From Oikopleura dioica (lineage: Eukaryota; Animalia; Chordata), in assembly GCA_907165135.1 (NCBI GenBank), contig OU015569.1:372001-436000 (forward strand): a stretch of DNA of 64,000 nucleotides. The letters run 5' to 3'. The notes under the pieces were generated by a model, which did not search any database, was not told where the DNA came from, and saw nothing but the letters and a program-made list of their open reading frames with translations. Each line of letters opens with the position of its first letter. Position 1 is the stretch's first letter. The translations under genes were made by a program, and so were the position numbers. Positions 35,856-47,326 of the stretch are shown here, in pieces.

Positions 35856-37223
35856 CTATTTCTTTGGAATAAAGATAATCATGCAAACCACGGCGATGAC
35901 AACTTTTCCAGCGTTTTTCATTTTACCAATCTTTTGGGTTTCAATTTTAACCTTGAAAACGCGTGTCTAGAATTGTGACGATTAAACAGATCTTCTTGTT
36001 TCTCGCTTTTCTCTGAACAAAACTAGAATTTCTTTTTTTAATCGATTTATTACCGCGTAGTCGACCGCCTTTTCCAGCTTCTTGTTTCCCTCCTGAACGT
36101 CCATCACGGCAGCTCCGACATTGTCCTCGATCGTATCTCAATCCCATCATCAAAAAATCACCAAAAAGCAATAAGAGTACCTAGCGTGGTGCCTTGATCC
36201 ATCACCATTTCGTTCAAATCTTTAAAGATGATGTTGACGTCCATGATATCCGCTTCCAACTGCGCCATCTCTTCGGCCTGGCGTTGGATTCCATCCATGT
36301 CCATTTGAGCCAGAACTTGTTGCTTTTCGAAGCGATAGTTAAGAATTTACACTGAAAAATGGGCTTGGCAAGCTTTTTAGAGAACCTAAGTCAGAGTCTA
36401 AAAAATCGGGCGACACTGAGAAAATCGCCAAATGTCGCCGAATGTCGCCGAATGTCGCCGAATGTTGCTGAATGTCGCTGAATGTCACTGAATGTCGATG
36501 AATCTCGTCGAATGTCGCTACTTTTTTAAATACAGACATTCGACGACATTCAGCGACATTCAGCGACATTCGGCGACATTCGGCGACATTCACCTCGAAG
36601 CTGCATCGCCAGAAGCTCAAAATTTATTGAAATGAAAATTTGGCGGCTTTTAATTAAAAATCGCCATTCCTGATCGAGTTGTCCACCGCTCATCGAATTC
36701 CCGGGCAGCGGAAAAGAAGAGTCGTTGTTGTCTCCCGCCATTTGGAGCGCGCGGGCGGCCTAGACATTTTACTTATTTTCGCAACTCATAGATTTTAAAC
36801 CTTTTCCGAAGCGCTTTGAAAAGACTGCAAAGAAGTGGAAAACTCATTCGCCAATTTTCCCAGAGTAGCGCGGCGGTGATTTTTGATGCTGAGCTGTTTC
36901 GTTGTAAAGTTCTGAAACCAACCGTTTCTCGGGAAGAAAAAGCGGGGATGTTACTTTTTAGCTCGTTGAGACTGTTTTCGTTTTCCTTGCACAAGTTTCT
37001 AGCGCTCGTCTGCGACTGCACACTGAAATCAATTTTGACAAAAACGAATTTTGAAGAAGGAGAGCTACATTTGCTCGCGGTTGTCGGGCGAGTCAAGAGA
37101 ACTGCCGATGCATTTGCTGAGTCGCTCGATTTCGGAGGATAGTTTTTTGATCTTTTTATTCGCGGAGCCGATTTGGGCACAAGTCTTGTTCCAATCCCCT
37201 TCTTTGTTTCCGACCTTTTTCAT
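35856..37223 (-). CDS. STX7/STX12: Syntaxin-7/12-like Qa-SNARE, paralogue 2 (Habc + SNARE + TM)
   Basis: Ha KIKKLSSEIERLSKCIGSSLDSPDNRE, Hb VQSQTSARNLCKENENSLNEL, Hc [55 protein letters not shown], then a C-terminal TM. Several intron positions are shared with the 44980 gene. Confidence 0.9.
36408..36592. repeat. Inverted AATGTCGCCG / CGGCGACATT decamer arrays (same family as 19814)
   Basis: About 9 forward and 6 reverse units in a GA-AG intron of the syntaxin paralogue. Confidence 0.8.
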
Positions 37224-37268
37224 CGATCAACAACTGTTTTAATGCCACAGTTGTGTGCCAGTTGCAAA

Positions 37269-37659
37269 CTGGGCAACTTGGCGACCGGCATAGAAAACCT
37301 GAGTCAGGGTCCTTAAAAGGTTGAATTTAAGAATTGAGCCATCTTTCTGAACCCTGACTCAGGTTTTTGCACAGGTTGCCGAGCTTTGATCACATATACT
37401 CTGGCCTCGGAAACCTGTGTAGAAAACCTGAGTCAGGGTCTTGAAAGAACTTTAATTGAAAGCTGCCATTCAACTCTCGCAGTTTTTCAGGACCCTGACT
37501 CAGGTTTTCTACACAGTTCGCCCAGCCCTGAGTATATTTGATCTAAACTCGGCAACCTGTGTAAAAACCTGAGTCAGGGTTCAGAAAGATGGCTCAATTC
37601 TTCAATTCAACCTTTTCAGGACCCAGAGTCAGGTTTTCTACACAGGCTGTCGAGCCCAG
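37269..37659. mobile_element. Composite triple-palindrome built from family A modules
   Basis: Three A-type palindromes separated by mirrored GATCA.ATATACT / AGTATATTTGATC spacers; a second copy lies at 61895-62250. Confidence 0.75.
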
Positions 37660-38485
37660 CTACAGTAGAAATATAGCGCATCATAATGACTTTGCTGATC
37701 CGTCTTTATAAGCAACATTTTCAAAGCCAAAATCGCCAGAGCCGCTCATTTCTGGTGCCGGAAAGTTAGCTCTGCTGATCTCTGTGTGATAAAAAATGCA
37801 CAAGGCAAAGTAAAAAAATCTACGATTTGCTCTTTCTGTTTTGCCAAAAGGGTGATTTGAATAAGCATTTATTTGATTTTGACAAGTTTTTTTATTTCTT
37901 TGGAGAAGGCGAAAACTATTTGTTATTTGTCTTGCAGAATAGCAATTATCTCTTCTTGCTATTAGAAAGAAAAAGGAAAGCCTGAGTCAGGGTCTCAAAG
38001 AACTGGAATGAAAAACCGCGCAGCGGCTTTCTTAAAAACGAAGCCGCGAGGCAGCTTTGCTAATATAACCATTACAATCATTCAAAAATTTTGGCGAAAT
38101 TTTGGCTTTGCGGCTTCGATTTAAAAAAGCCGCTGCGCGGCTTTTCATTTCAGTTCTTTCAGGCATTGACTCAGGTTTTGTACACAGGTTGCTGAGTCCT
38201 TGATCAGCTTTGCTTGAATTTGGCTCTGCTAGCGCTTCCTGTGAAATCTAACTTTGCGTTTTTAGTTTTTGGAAAGGAAATCGTAAATTTTCGTGATTAA
38301 TAATTATACTCCCACTGCTCTTATGCTCTTGTGCAAATAATTGACTCTTGCTCACACGGTGATGTTATTCCGAAGCTCCGTGGCCCCTTGGCACGAGATT
38401 AGACAAAAGAGATTTTATACAGCAAGTTCTTCCGAAAAAGGCACCAAATTATTCTAGCGCAATCGGAATTATTTATTAATTAATC

Positions 38486-39911
38486 ATGACAGAAAATGAA
38501 AATGCACAGGAAGAGGATGTCTCAGGTAAATTAAGCCAAATATTCTTGGATTCTAGCTCGGCAGGAACCTGTGTAGAAATCCTGAGTCAGGGTCGAAATT
38601 TTTAAAAGATCTTTGAAAATTGAAAAGCCTGACTCAGGATTTCTACACTGGTTGCCAGGCCCAAGTGTTTAAGGGTGTCATCTTTGATTTTCGAAAAAAT
38701 CAGCTGAAAATCGAGCAGCCGCGGCTATTTTGCGGCTTCGAGCGAAAAAGATGGAAAAGCCGCGCCGTGCGCGGCTTAAATTTTTCAACTCTAAGCCGCA
38801 AAAGCCGTGGCTGCTCGATTTTCAGCCGATTTTTTTCGAAAATCAAAGATGACACCCTTAAACACTTGGGCCCAAGAATATACATTTTTATCATTTGGTG
38901 AATCAAAAATAAGCCACTGTAACTTTTCGTAGATACTGTGCCTCCACGTCGAAATTGTTGCGTAATAATAACCGAAACAGCTGCTTTCCGTCGTTCGCAA
39001 ACTTGGTGGCTTCAGTGGCGCAGTTACATTTCCAAGTTCATTTTGTGGGGCGGAATCGTCGGCATCTGCATCGGCTACGGTTTCTTGTGGGACAAGTGCG
39101 CAGCTCCATCGACCGGCAGTGCGCACAAGGAGTGCTGGACGACTCCCTACACGGCAGAGTGTTTTCCTTGCGGAGTGTGGATCGCGCGCTGGCTCGGTCT
39201 TCTTTTCCTCTTGACGCTGATCTTTTGCTACATGTTCTATTCGGTCATAAAGAGCTGCAACTGCTTGCTCTACGGATGCTGGCCCTTCATTCCAGTGGTA
39301 GGCTCTTCAATTTTCGTAAGAATTGAACGAATGAATAATTTGAAGACGCCGACGCCGGAAATAGAAGCGCGCGCCTCCAACAACCAAATCTACCCGATGG
39401 AAGAGGAGTGGCAGAACCCGTCGCACTGGGGACTCGACCTTCCGAGCTACGACGACGCGCTCGAAATGCCCAAAGTCGACGAAGACACGTTTGATGCTTC
39501 AAGAGGAGGAGTGGAGAACAGAGCTTACGACCAGTCGAGTTTAGGCCCGCCGCCAGAATACGAAGCGCCAGAGCCATCTGCTCCTCCGATTTATCAAACG
39601 AATGGTAAAGCGCACTCAAAACGATATTTTCGACATTTTAGGGGTCGAGGGGGACGATTTGTCGGTAATTTAGGGAGTGGGCTATTCTTGGGTGCAAATT
39701 TCTTTTATGGGCTCGGCCCAAAACCTGTGTAGAACACCTGAGTCAGGGTCTGAAAAAATTGAAGGTTTTTCAGACCCTGAGTCAGGTTTTCTACACAGGT
39801 TTCCGAGCCCAGAACAGGAAATTCCGCCAAAGAGCCATTCCCTAAATTACCGACAAATCGTCCCCCTCAACCCCTAAAATGTCGAAAATTTTAGAATTCG
39901 ACTCGAAATAG
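38486..39911 (+). CDS. Two-TM protein with Cys-rich loop and a cytosolic tail bearing LPSY, PPEY and PSAPPIY motifs
   Basis: ORF 38938-39732 has two hydrophobic segments and the tail DLPSYDDAL...GPPPEYEAPEPSAPPIY. Short first exon at 38486; last exon EFDSK*. Confidence 0.7.
38655..38876. mobile_element. Fold-back element: TTAA-GGGTGTCA arms around GCCGC-hairpin core
   Basis: Near-perfect inverted repeat; TTAA flanks both GGGTGTCA/TGACACCC termini. The stand-alone GCCGC-hairpin core recurs at ~1195, 4470, 6000, 29980, 45220, 59780, 63110 and 63750. Confidence 0.75.
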
Positions 39912-40258
39912 TCGCTAATAATCGTCACTGAATCGGATTTGATTGACGAGCAAATATTGAAACTGAAATTGGCATTTGCAAACGCTCGCGTACAAATCAC
40001 ATTACTGATTTTTGCGTAAATCATCACGGTAACATTTCTGCTTCTAGAAGAGACGGCGGATTCCTCGGGGAGCTGGAACACGTGACAAATGCAAGCAACT
40101 TCGGATTAATGCAAAAACTGTATTCTGCTCGTTTCTTCTTTCAAAAAATGGATGTCTGTTTTGCGATTTTATTTGAACGTCACATGTGAAATGAGAAATA
40201 TAAAACAATTGTACAAATTATTCGAAAAAGAAAAAGAACAATTCTAAATTCATAGTAC

Positions 40259-42634
40259 TCATGCTTTCGAAACCACCGAGTCTCGGCTGTTCCACGAACT
40301 TGGCAAGCTTGACCCTTCTTCGACTGAAAAAATAATAAAAATAAATACAAGGCTCGGCAACCTATGTAAAAACCTGTGTCAGGGTTCAAAAGAAGAAACT
40401 GAAAAGCCGACTAGCGGCTTTTTAAAAACAAAGCCGCGGAGCGGCTTTGCCAAATTTAGAAAATGAGCTAATAAATCTATAAAAAACAGGAACCTGTGTA
40501 AAAACCTGAGTCAGGGTCCTCAAGGAGCTCTTAATCATTTCAATCTCTCATTCGAATTCTGGATCCTGACTCAGGTTTTTACACAGGTTCCTGTTTTTTT
40601 ATAATTTTTTAGCTTATTTTCTGTATCTTGGCAAAGCCGCTCCGCGGCTTCGTTTCTGAAAAAGGCGCTAGTCGGCTTTTCAGTTTCCTCTTTTGAACCC
40701 TGACTCAGGTTTCTAGCGCTCTTACTTATCGTTGAAAGTCGTTGTTTTTTGGCGTCAATTTTAATTTCTCGATTGACGCGCGCTAGTTTATCGTAGAACT
40801 TCTTGAACCAGGTGCACTGGACGACGAGGAAGAAGGCAGTGCCGAGGAGGGTGAAGGCGATGATCGCCAGCTTGCCAAAGAAGGCTTCGCGGTCTTTTTC
40901 GACGAGCGGAGTCGGGCTGGTGACGTTTGCAGGATGCGCTGCCGAGTTCAGCTCCTCCTCCGAGTCCATAAAGATCAGGAAGACGCCGCCCACGAGACTG
41001 GCCAGCGCGATCAGAAGCATCAAAATACCACGCACGCAGCGACGGATGTCGGTCTAGCAGACAAGTTTACAAAAAATTGCGAGCTCTAGAATTTCAAAAA
41101 CTGTGCGACTCGGCAACCTGTGTTAAAACCTGAGTCAGGGTCTGATATATTATTAAGGGTGTCACCATCGATTTCGGCAAATGATGTTGACACCCTTAAT
41201 GAAAAGCTGGAATGATGATTCTCTGATTGAGACCTGACTCAGGCTTTAAACACAGGTTTTTCCCGAGCCCAGCTCTAGAATTCACTAGAACTTACCCTCG
41301 AAACACCGGAAAAGCCCCACAGATAGATGGGCCGTCTGCTCTCTTTGATTTGATACTCGTACTTGCAGATTTCGCATTGTTTCTGAAACAGAGAGCGCGG
41401 TTTTTCCATTTTTCAGAAGTTGAAAAAATACCTTGTCAGAGTGGATGATCCATTTAATTAGACAGCTGTTGTGTACAAACTAGCACGGGTTGAAAACAAA
41501 GCCATCAATCAAAAATAAACGAGTAACCTCAATTTTCTATTTTCAACCTTTTTTGATCGAAAAGAAGTGTGCTCGGCAACCTGTGTTGAAAACCTGAGTC
41601 AGGGTCTGAAATATCTTTTATGACCGGTTCAGACCCTGACTCAGGTTTTCAACACAGGCTGCCGAGCCGAGAAAAGGAGGTGAATACATGGTTTGTCTTT
41701 TATGTAATCTTACAAAGTGATACCCTTATTTTTCTTCTGAAAATTAATTTTTGGATCGTTCAAAAATGAACCTTTTCAGAAGAATCTCGTGATGAAAATA
41801 AAGTCACTCACGGGGGCCAAACTCGACCAAAGAAGGTGATAAAAAGTCGAATTAAAATCAGGTCATGGTCAAAATAGAACAAGCTAGGGTCGCCCCTGTT
41901 CTTTTGAAGAAATTCAAATTTCCATCAAATTTCGCATCACGAAAAGAAGATATGTTAGTTACGAAACTGAGTCTCGGCCCCTCTAATAAATGTTTATCGT
42001 TACTTTTATTATTGTCTTTGAGCTTGAAATTCAACCCGATTCCTTCATCGATCCTTTGCAATTGCAAGGCACAATCAGATTATCTCCAGGGTTCATGCAG
42101 AATCTACATATGTTCTAATAAAAATCGATTAGGGGCAATTGGGGGTAGCGGGAAGCGACAAAAAAACAGCGACGAAATTTCAAATAAGCCAATCAGATTT
42201 CTTCATTTGCCCATCTGGCCAATCAGAAGCCAGGTATTCGGGAAGGTGCCACGAAGCGACAATTTCTAAGCGACAAAATTTTACTTCGAAAAATAACGAC
42301 TACTGATTGGCCGGTAAGCCAAATACAAGTTTTTGATTGGCTTAAATTTTTTCGAAATTTCGTCGCTCAGAAATTGTCGCTTCGCGACACTTTCCCAAAC
42401 ATTTTCGAGGGAGATTTTGTCGCGAGTTTTTGTCGCTTCCGACTTTTTTCGACTAAAAATACTCACATTTAGCGCGCTTTCTGCCCTGACCCATCTGTAC
42501 AGGTCGGACATTTCGTCGAGCTGTGTTCGTTGTTCTGCGAGTTGAATCTTCTCTCCCTCTTGTTCTGGCTCTTGTTGGGATGGGGCACTCGAATGATCGT
42601 TATTTGGCCACGTGAGGGACCTTGTCGGGCGCAT
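40259..42634 (-). CDS. MARCHF: MARCH-family RING-CH E3 ubiquitin ligase with two TM segments
   Basis: Spliced RING-CH ICRFCMNPGDNLIVPCNCKGSMK|FVHNSCLIKWIIHSDK|KQCEICKYEY, followed by two TMs (ORF 40571-41035). GA-AG intron at 41480-42042. Confidence 0.9.
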
Positions 42635-43325
42635 CGTCAATTTTTACAGCTTTTCGGGACTCTGCTTTTTTGAAGTATTTCTTTGCGTTTGCGAAAAATG
42701 CTGGATGAGATGAGAAAAGAAGCAAGTCAGTGATACGAAATCAGCAGTATCAAATCACTCGTATTATCGCTCTTTTTCTGTCTCAGACTCAGACAATGCT
42801 ATTCGAGGAATTGATAAGCAGGCATCTAAACTGAGCTCGGAATTTCCGAGTCGGGAACCTGTGTAGAAAACCTGAGTCAGGCCAAAGCGGCTTCGCAACA
42901 TACCCATAATTAACTCAGCCTTATAAAGTTGGCTCAGCTTTGCTTAGCCAATACTGGCCCAATAGAAAACCTACAAAAGCCAGGCTTAGGTCAGCATAGG
43001 TCTTAACTCACCTTAAAAATTGGCTCAGCTTTGCTTAGCCAATGAAAAACCTACGAAAGCCAGGCTAAGCTCAGCTTAGGCCTTGCAATTTTGATTGAGC
43101 TCAGGGAATCAGCTAGCTGAGCTGAGCTTAGCTCAATTTTCCTGGACTAAGCTAGCTTAGCCTTGATTTTTCCTGCCTTGAATCCTGCTCTTGAAAAGGA
43201 AACTCCCTGATTCCTGTTTTAGTCCTGATTACAGGATTAAAACTCAGAATTCAGCTTTTTTAATTTTTTGAATAGAATAGATTTAAAGAGTTCGTTTTAA
43301 AATTAAAGAATTTGGAAAAGCAGAA

Positions 43326-43760
43326 TCATTTGAGCGGTATTCTTCGTTTCTTCTTCGGCTCAATAACTGGCGGTAATTTGCAACCACCGTCCTGGCGCAG
43401 CGGTTTTTTCGCCATTTCCGCGTCGTTCATCCACACTAGCTCGGGGCGGTTTTGGCCTTTGTAGTGGTTCGGGGCGATTTCCTTGAATTGGACAATGTGT
43501 TTCGTCAAAACTTGAAACCGGAATTATCAAAAATACCGATGATTTTTGCTCAAATCGCGAACAGCGCCGCCACTACGAGACTCGAGCCTTCTGATTGGCT
43601 GCGCTTAAAAATTTGATCAAATCAAATAGAATTGATAGTTTTAGAAATTCCGTTCCTTCGGCCGCTTCGGAAGCGAATTTGATTTTTCCTGAATAAGTTT
43701 TTCTTCTTTGAGATCTTGATATTGTCGGAATTCATCCCTCGTCTTCTGGTGCACTAAAAA
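43326..43760 (-). CDS. Possible small hypothetical gene
   Basis: 60-aa ORF 43326-43508 plus an upstream exon-like block (HQKTRDEFRQYQDLKEENLF). The frame is ambiguous. Confidence 0.25.
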
Positions 43761-44979
43761 TCAATAAGAAATCTTGAAGATTAAATCTTCCAAAAATAGA
43801 AAAACGGATTCGGTACGAAAATTGGTACGCGGTACCGAATTCGCGGACGAGTTCTCGTACTTGGTACCAATTTTCGTACAAAAAATGACTGTTTTTCAGC
43901 GAAATACAGTCGTTTTTTCAAAAGAAACTCAATTTTCAACGAGTTGAAATTTGGCAAGCTTCTCTAGAATTTCGCCCTAGCTCTGAATGTTTTTGACTTT
44001 TGCCATTCACTTTTTCAACTCTTCGAAAAAAGAGACGAAAAAGTAGAAAAGTCCGAGCAGCGCGAAAAACAGGTAAATTAAACTTTGAAAACTTTGAATT
44101 TCAAAAATTTTTTAGTCATCGAGTTTTGAAAGAAAGAAAAACTGCTTCCAGTTCCAAAGCTCGATTTGTTTCTGAAAAAGAAAGAAAACATGACTGCTGC
44201 TGAGTTCCTGAATAAAATCAATTTCTGACTTTACAAAAAACGTCTTTCTTTTTCATTATTTTTTGAGGTAGTGGAGCAGTTGGTAGAAAAAAGGGATAAA
44301 TCCCAGAGCGGGACGTCTCCTAAGGTCCCAGAGTGGGAATAAAGAGAGCGTCCCATTCTGGGATTAGCCACTGCTTGGCTCGGAAACCTGTGTGAAAACC
44401 TGAGTCAGGGTATGAAAGATCTTAACAGAAAGGTGGCTCTTTCGTTGAAAATCTTTCTGACCCTGACTCAGGTTTTTCACACAGGTTGCCGAGCTCAGAA
44501 GCACTGTAGAAGAGAGAGAGAGAAAGAGTACTTACTCTGTTTGAGAGCATACTGGTCGCCCTTGAAGACCAAATTACACGCTTTGAAGCAGTTTTTGTAT
44601 TCTTTCAGAACTTGGGCTCGCTTTTAATGGATTTTACACAAAATAAACGCATTTTTTCAAGCTAAAATTCACCATTTCTTCTAAATATTATTCCTAATTT
44701 TGTTAAATAATTATTAAAATTAATATTTTTAATGATAAATTAAACAATTTTGAATAATTAGAAAATCCTCGCCAAAACAGCTGCCATCTCGCCAATTCTC
44801 TTCCTCGTGAACTGGTCGGGTGAGTCACGCGTGACTAATGACTCACTCTCGCAGCGCGCGCGCTCATTGGCGCGCCACTTCCCAGCCACCAACTCGCTCT
44901 TCCTTTTTACTTTCCGACTTTTCAGAGCAGATAAAACCGAATTGAGCCGTTTTTCGAGTCGAAAAAAGAGAAGAAATAA

Positions 44980-47326
44980 ATGTCCTTCGGCAAAGGCGAT
45001 TTCGGCGGCGGCTCTCTGAGCACAAGCCCCGGGGCGAGTTCCAGCTCGACGATGGACTACAACAGAATCACACAAGTCGTTTCCGCGAACACCACGAAAA
45101 TTCAAAATCACGTCAAAGAGATCAAAAAATTAGCTGAACAAGTTGGAACCGAATTGGATAATTCAGACGTCAGAACTAAAATGTAAGTCTTTTCTTCATT
45201 ATTTTATTATTAAAATTTCGAGAAGCCGAAACCTGCGGCTTCTAGCTTTAAAGTATAAAAGCCGCGCGAAGCGCGGCTACTTTACTTTGCTTTCTCGAAG
45301 CCGCAAGATTCGGCTTCACGTTTTTAATGAGTAACAGATTGAATATTACTACTTTTGACTCGAAATTCATTTCATTTTTAGTCAACAAACTCAGACAACA
45401 ACAAAGCGATTATGTCAAGACACAGAAAAGTTACTAAACGAGTTAAAAGGTCTTCCCGCGCCGGATTCACCCGTAAGACCCCCTTTTCCCCTTCCTGTAA
45501 CTGACTGTAACTCTTTAGGCGGAGAAGCGGGAGCGAAGAATAACCCTAACTCGTCTGGCGAACAATTATTCGAACGCGCTGAACGAGTACCAAAGAGCAG
45601 TCGCGACTTGCTCAATCGCGAAAAGGCCCAAATCAGCCAACAGAGCAACTCATCCGAGGGCAACTCTTTGATCGCGCTGGATAATGGGTAAGAATCGAAA
45701 TATTTTGCGGCTTTGAGCATCAAAATGGCCCGAGCTCAGCAACCTGTATAGAGAACCTGAGTCAGGGTCTGAAAGATCTTATAAGGCTTTTTATTAAAGA
45801 TTTTTCAGACCCTGACTCAGGTGTTCTACGCAGGTTGCTCAGCCCGGGTCTTTTTGTCGCAAAAGCCGCAAATTTTATATAAAGCGCTCCGCGGCTTTTG
45901 TAATTTATCAATCCCTTTTTAACGTAAAATTCTAGCGCTGGTCAAGCCCAATTGCAGCAACAGCTCTCGCCAAACGAGATGGCTCAAATGCAGGATCGCG
46001 AAAACGCGATCATCCAGCTCGAGGTAAATCAGCAGCAGCAAGAGCAAATTGAGCTGGACCCGCTGCAACGGGCGCAGGACGAGGAGCTGGGCCGCCTCGA
46101 ACAGGAAATTGAGGATATGGCCGAAGTGTTCACGGAGGTCCACAAACTCGTCCATGAACAGGGCGAAGTTGTCGGTAAGAAGCCTTTTTAACTCTTTCCA
46201 AACGACTTAAATTTTCAAATAATTAAAATCAATGAGTGCTATTTTAAAATTTTACTGATTGAATGGCTTTTACACGTGATAATTACTAATTTTCAGATTT
46301 AATCAGCCTGAATCAAGACTAATAGATAGGGTCGCCATTTAACGGAAAAACGACTCTATGACGTGTTTGTTTTAACGGATTTAACAATCTTCGATAGGGT
46401 CCCCTTTTTAACGGATTTTCTGGAACCTAGATCAAGAAAATCCGTTATTTAAGGGACCCTATCTAAGATTGTTGAATCCGTTAATACAAACACGTCATAG
46501 AGTCGTTTTTCCGTTAAACTGGCGAGCCTACTTCTGTGTTTTTTTGATATGCGAGTATTTTTTCGATTTGTATTCAAAATTTGCCATATCCTCAAATTTC
46601 CACGTCCTGCGCGGTCCCGGCTGAAAACTGCAAAATTCCGATTCGCAAGATTACGAATTCTGAATTTGTGTTTTAGGCGGACATCGCGGACGTGAACATG
46701 ATTTTCAAAGACCTTGCCACAATGGTGCATGATCAGGGCGAAATCATCGGTAAGTTTCAATTTCGGGGACGCCCTTTTTTAAAATTTCTTGTTTTCTTGA
46801 TTTTTGGATTTTATGTTTAACTTATTCGTTTATTTATAATCTCGGTGTTCAAAGTTGAAATTACATTTCAAAAGCTTAAAATATTTTTTAGACTCGATCG
46901 AGCAAAACATCGAAACTGCAGTTGTCGACATTCAATCAGGAAATACACAGCTTCGTCAGGCCCGAGAGCATCAGGTGTGTACGAAGTTCTAGAGCTACCT
47001 ACTTTGTGTAGTTTTGAATCCCCATCGACGCCTCTGATTGGTCAAACGAGCCCATATCTTTGGAAAAATGGGAAGTGCCTCTGATTGGTCAAGCAAGCGC
47101 TTTTCCCTTTCTCTAGAAATATGGGTTCGTTTGACCAATCAGGTGCGTCGATAGGGATTCAAAACTAATTCGCTTGATTAGCGACACTTTTTTCTCGAGG
47201 CCTCTCTTTTTAAAACCATATTTTCAGCAAGCTGCGCGGAAGAAAAAGTTCATCATCGCCATCGTCTTTCTGATCTTCATTCTGGTGCTGTTCCTGATCA
47301 TCTGGTTCTCGTGGAAGACCTCGTGA
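44980..47326 (+). CDS. STX7/STX12: Syntaxin-7/12-like Qa-SNARE with alternative SNARE half-exons
   Basis: DYNRITQVVSANTTKIQ, RLANNYSNALNEYQ, AIIQLE|ADIADVNMIFKDLATMVHDQGEII|DSIEQNIE, TM FIIAIVFLIFILVLFLIIW. Confidence 0.93.
46339..46517. repeat. ~180-bp near-perfect hairpin in the syntaxin intron between the alternative SNARE exons
   Basis: TTAACGGAAAAACGACTCTATGACGTGTTTG... pairs with ...CAAACACGTCATAGAGTCGTTTTTCCGTTAA. Confidence 0.85.

Noticed and set aside
35856-36741. Habc-less mini-syntaxin starting at the 36741 ATG
   Set aside because: Upstream exons to 37223 encode the Ha, Hb and Hc helices, so it is a full-length paralogue.
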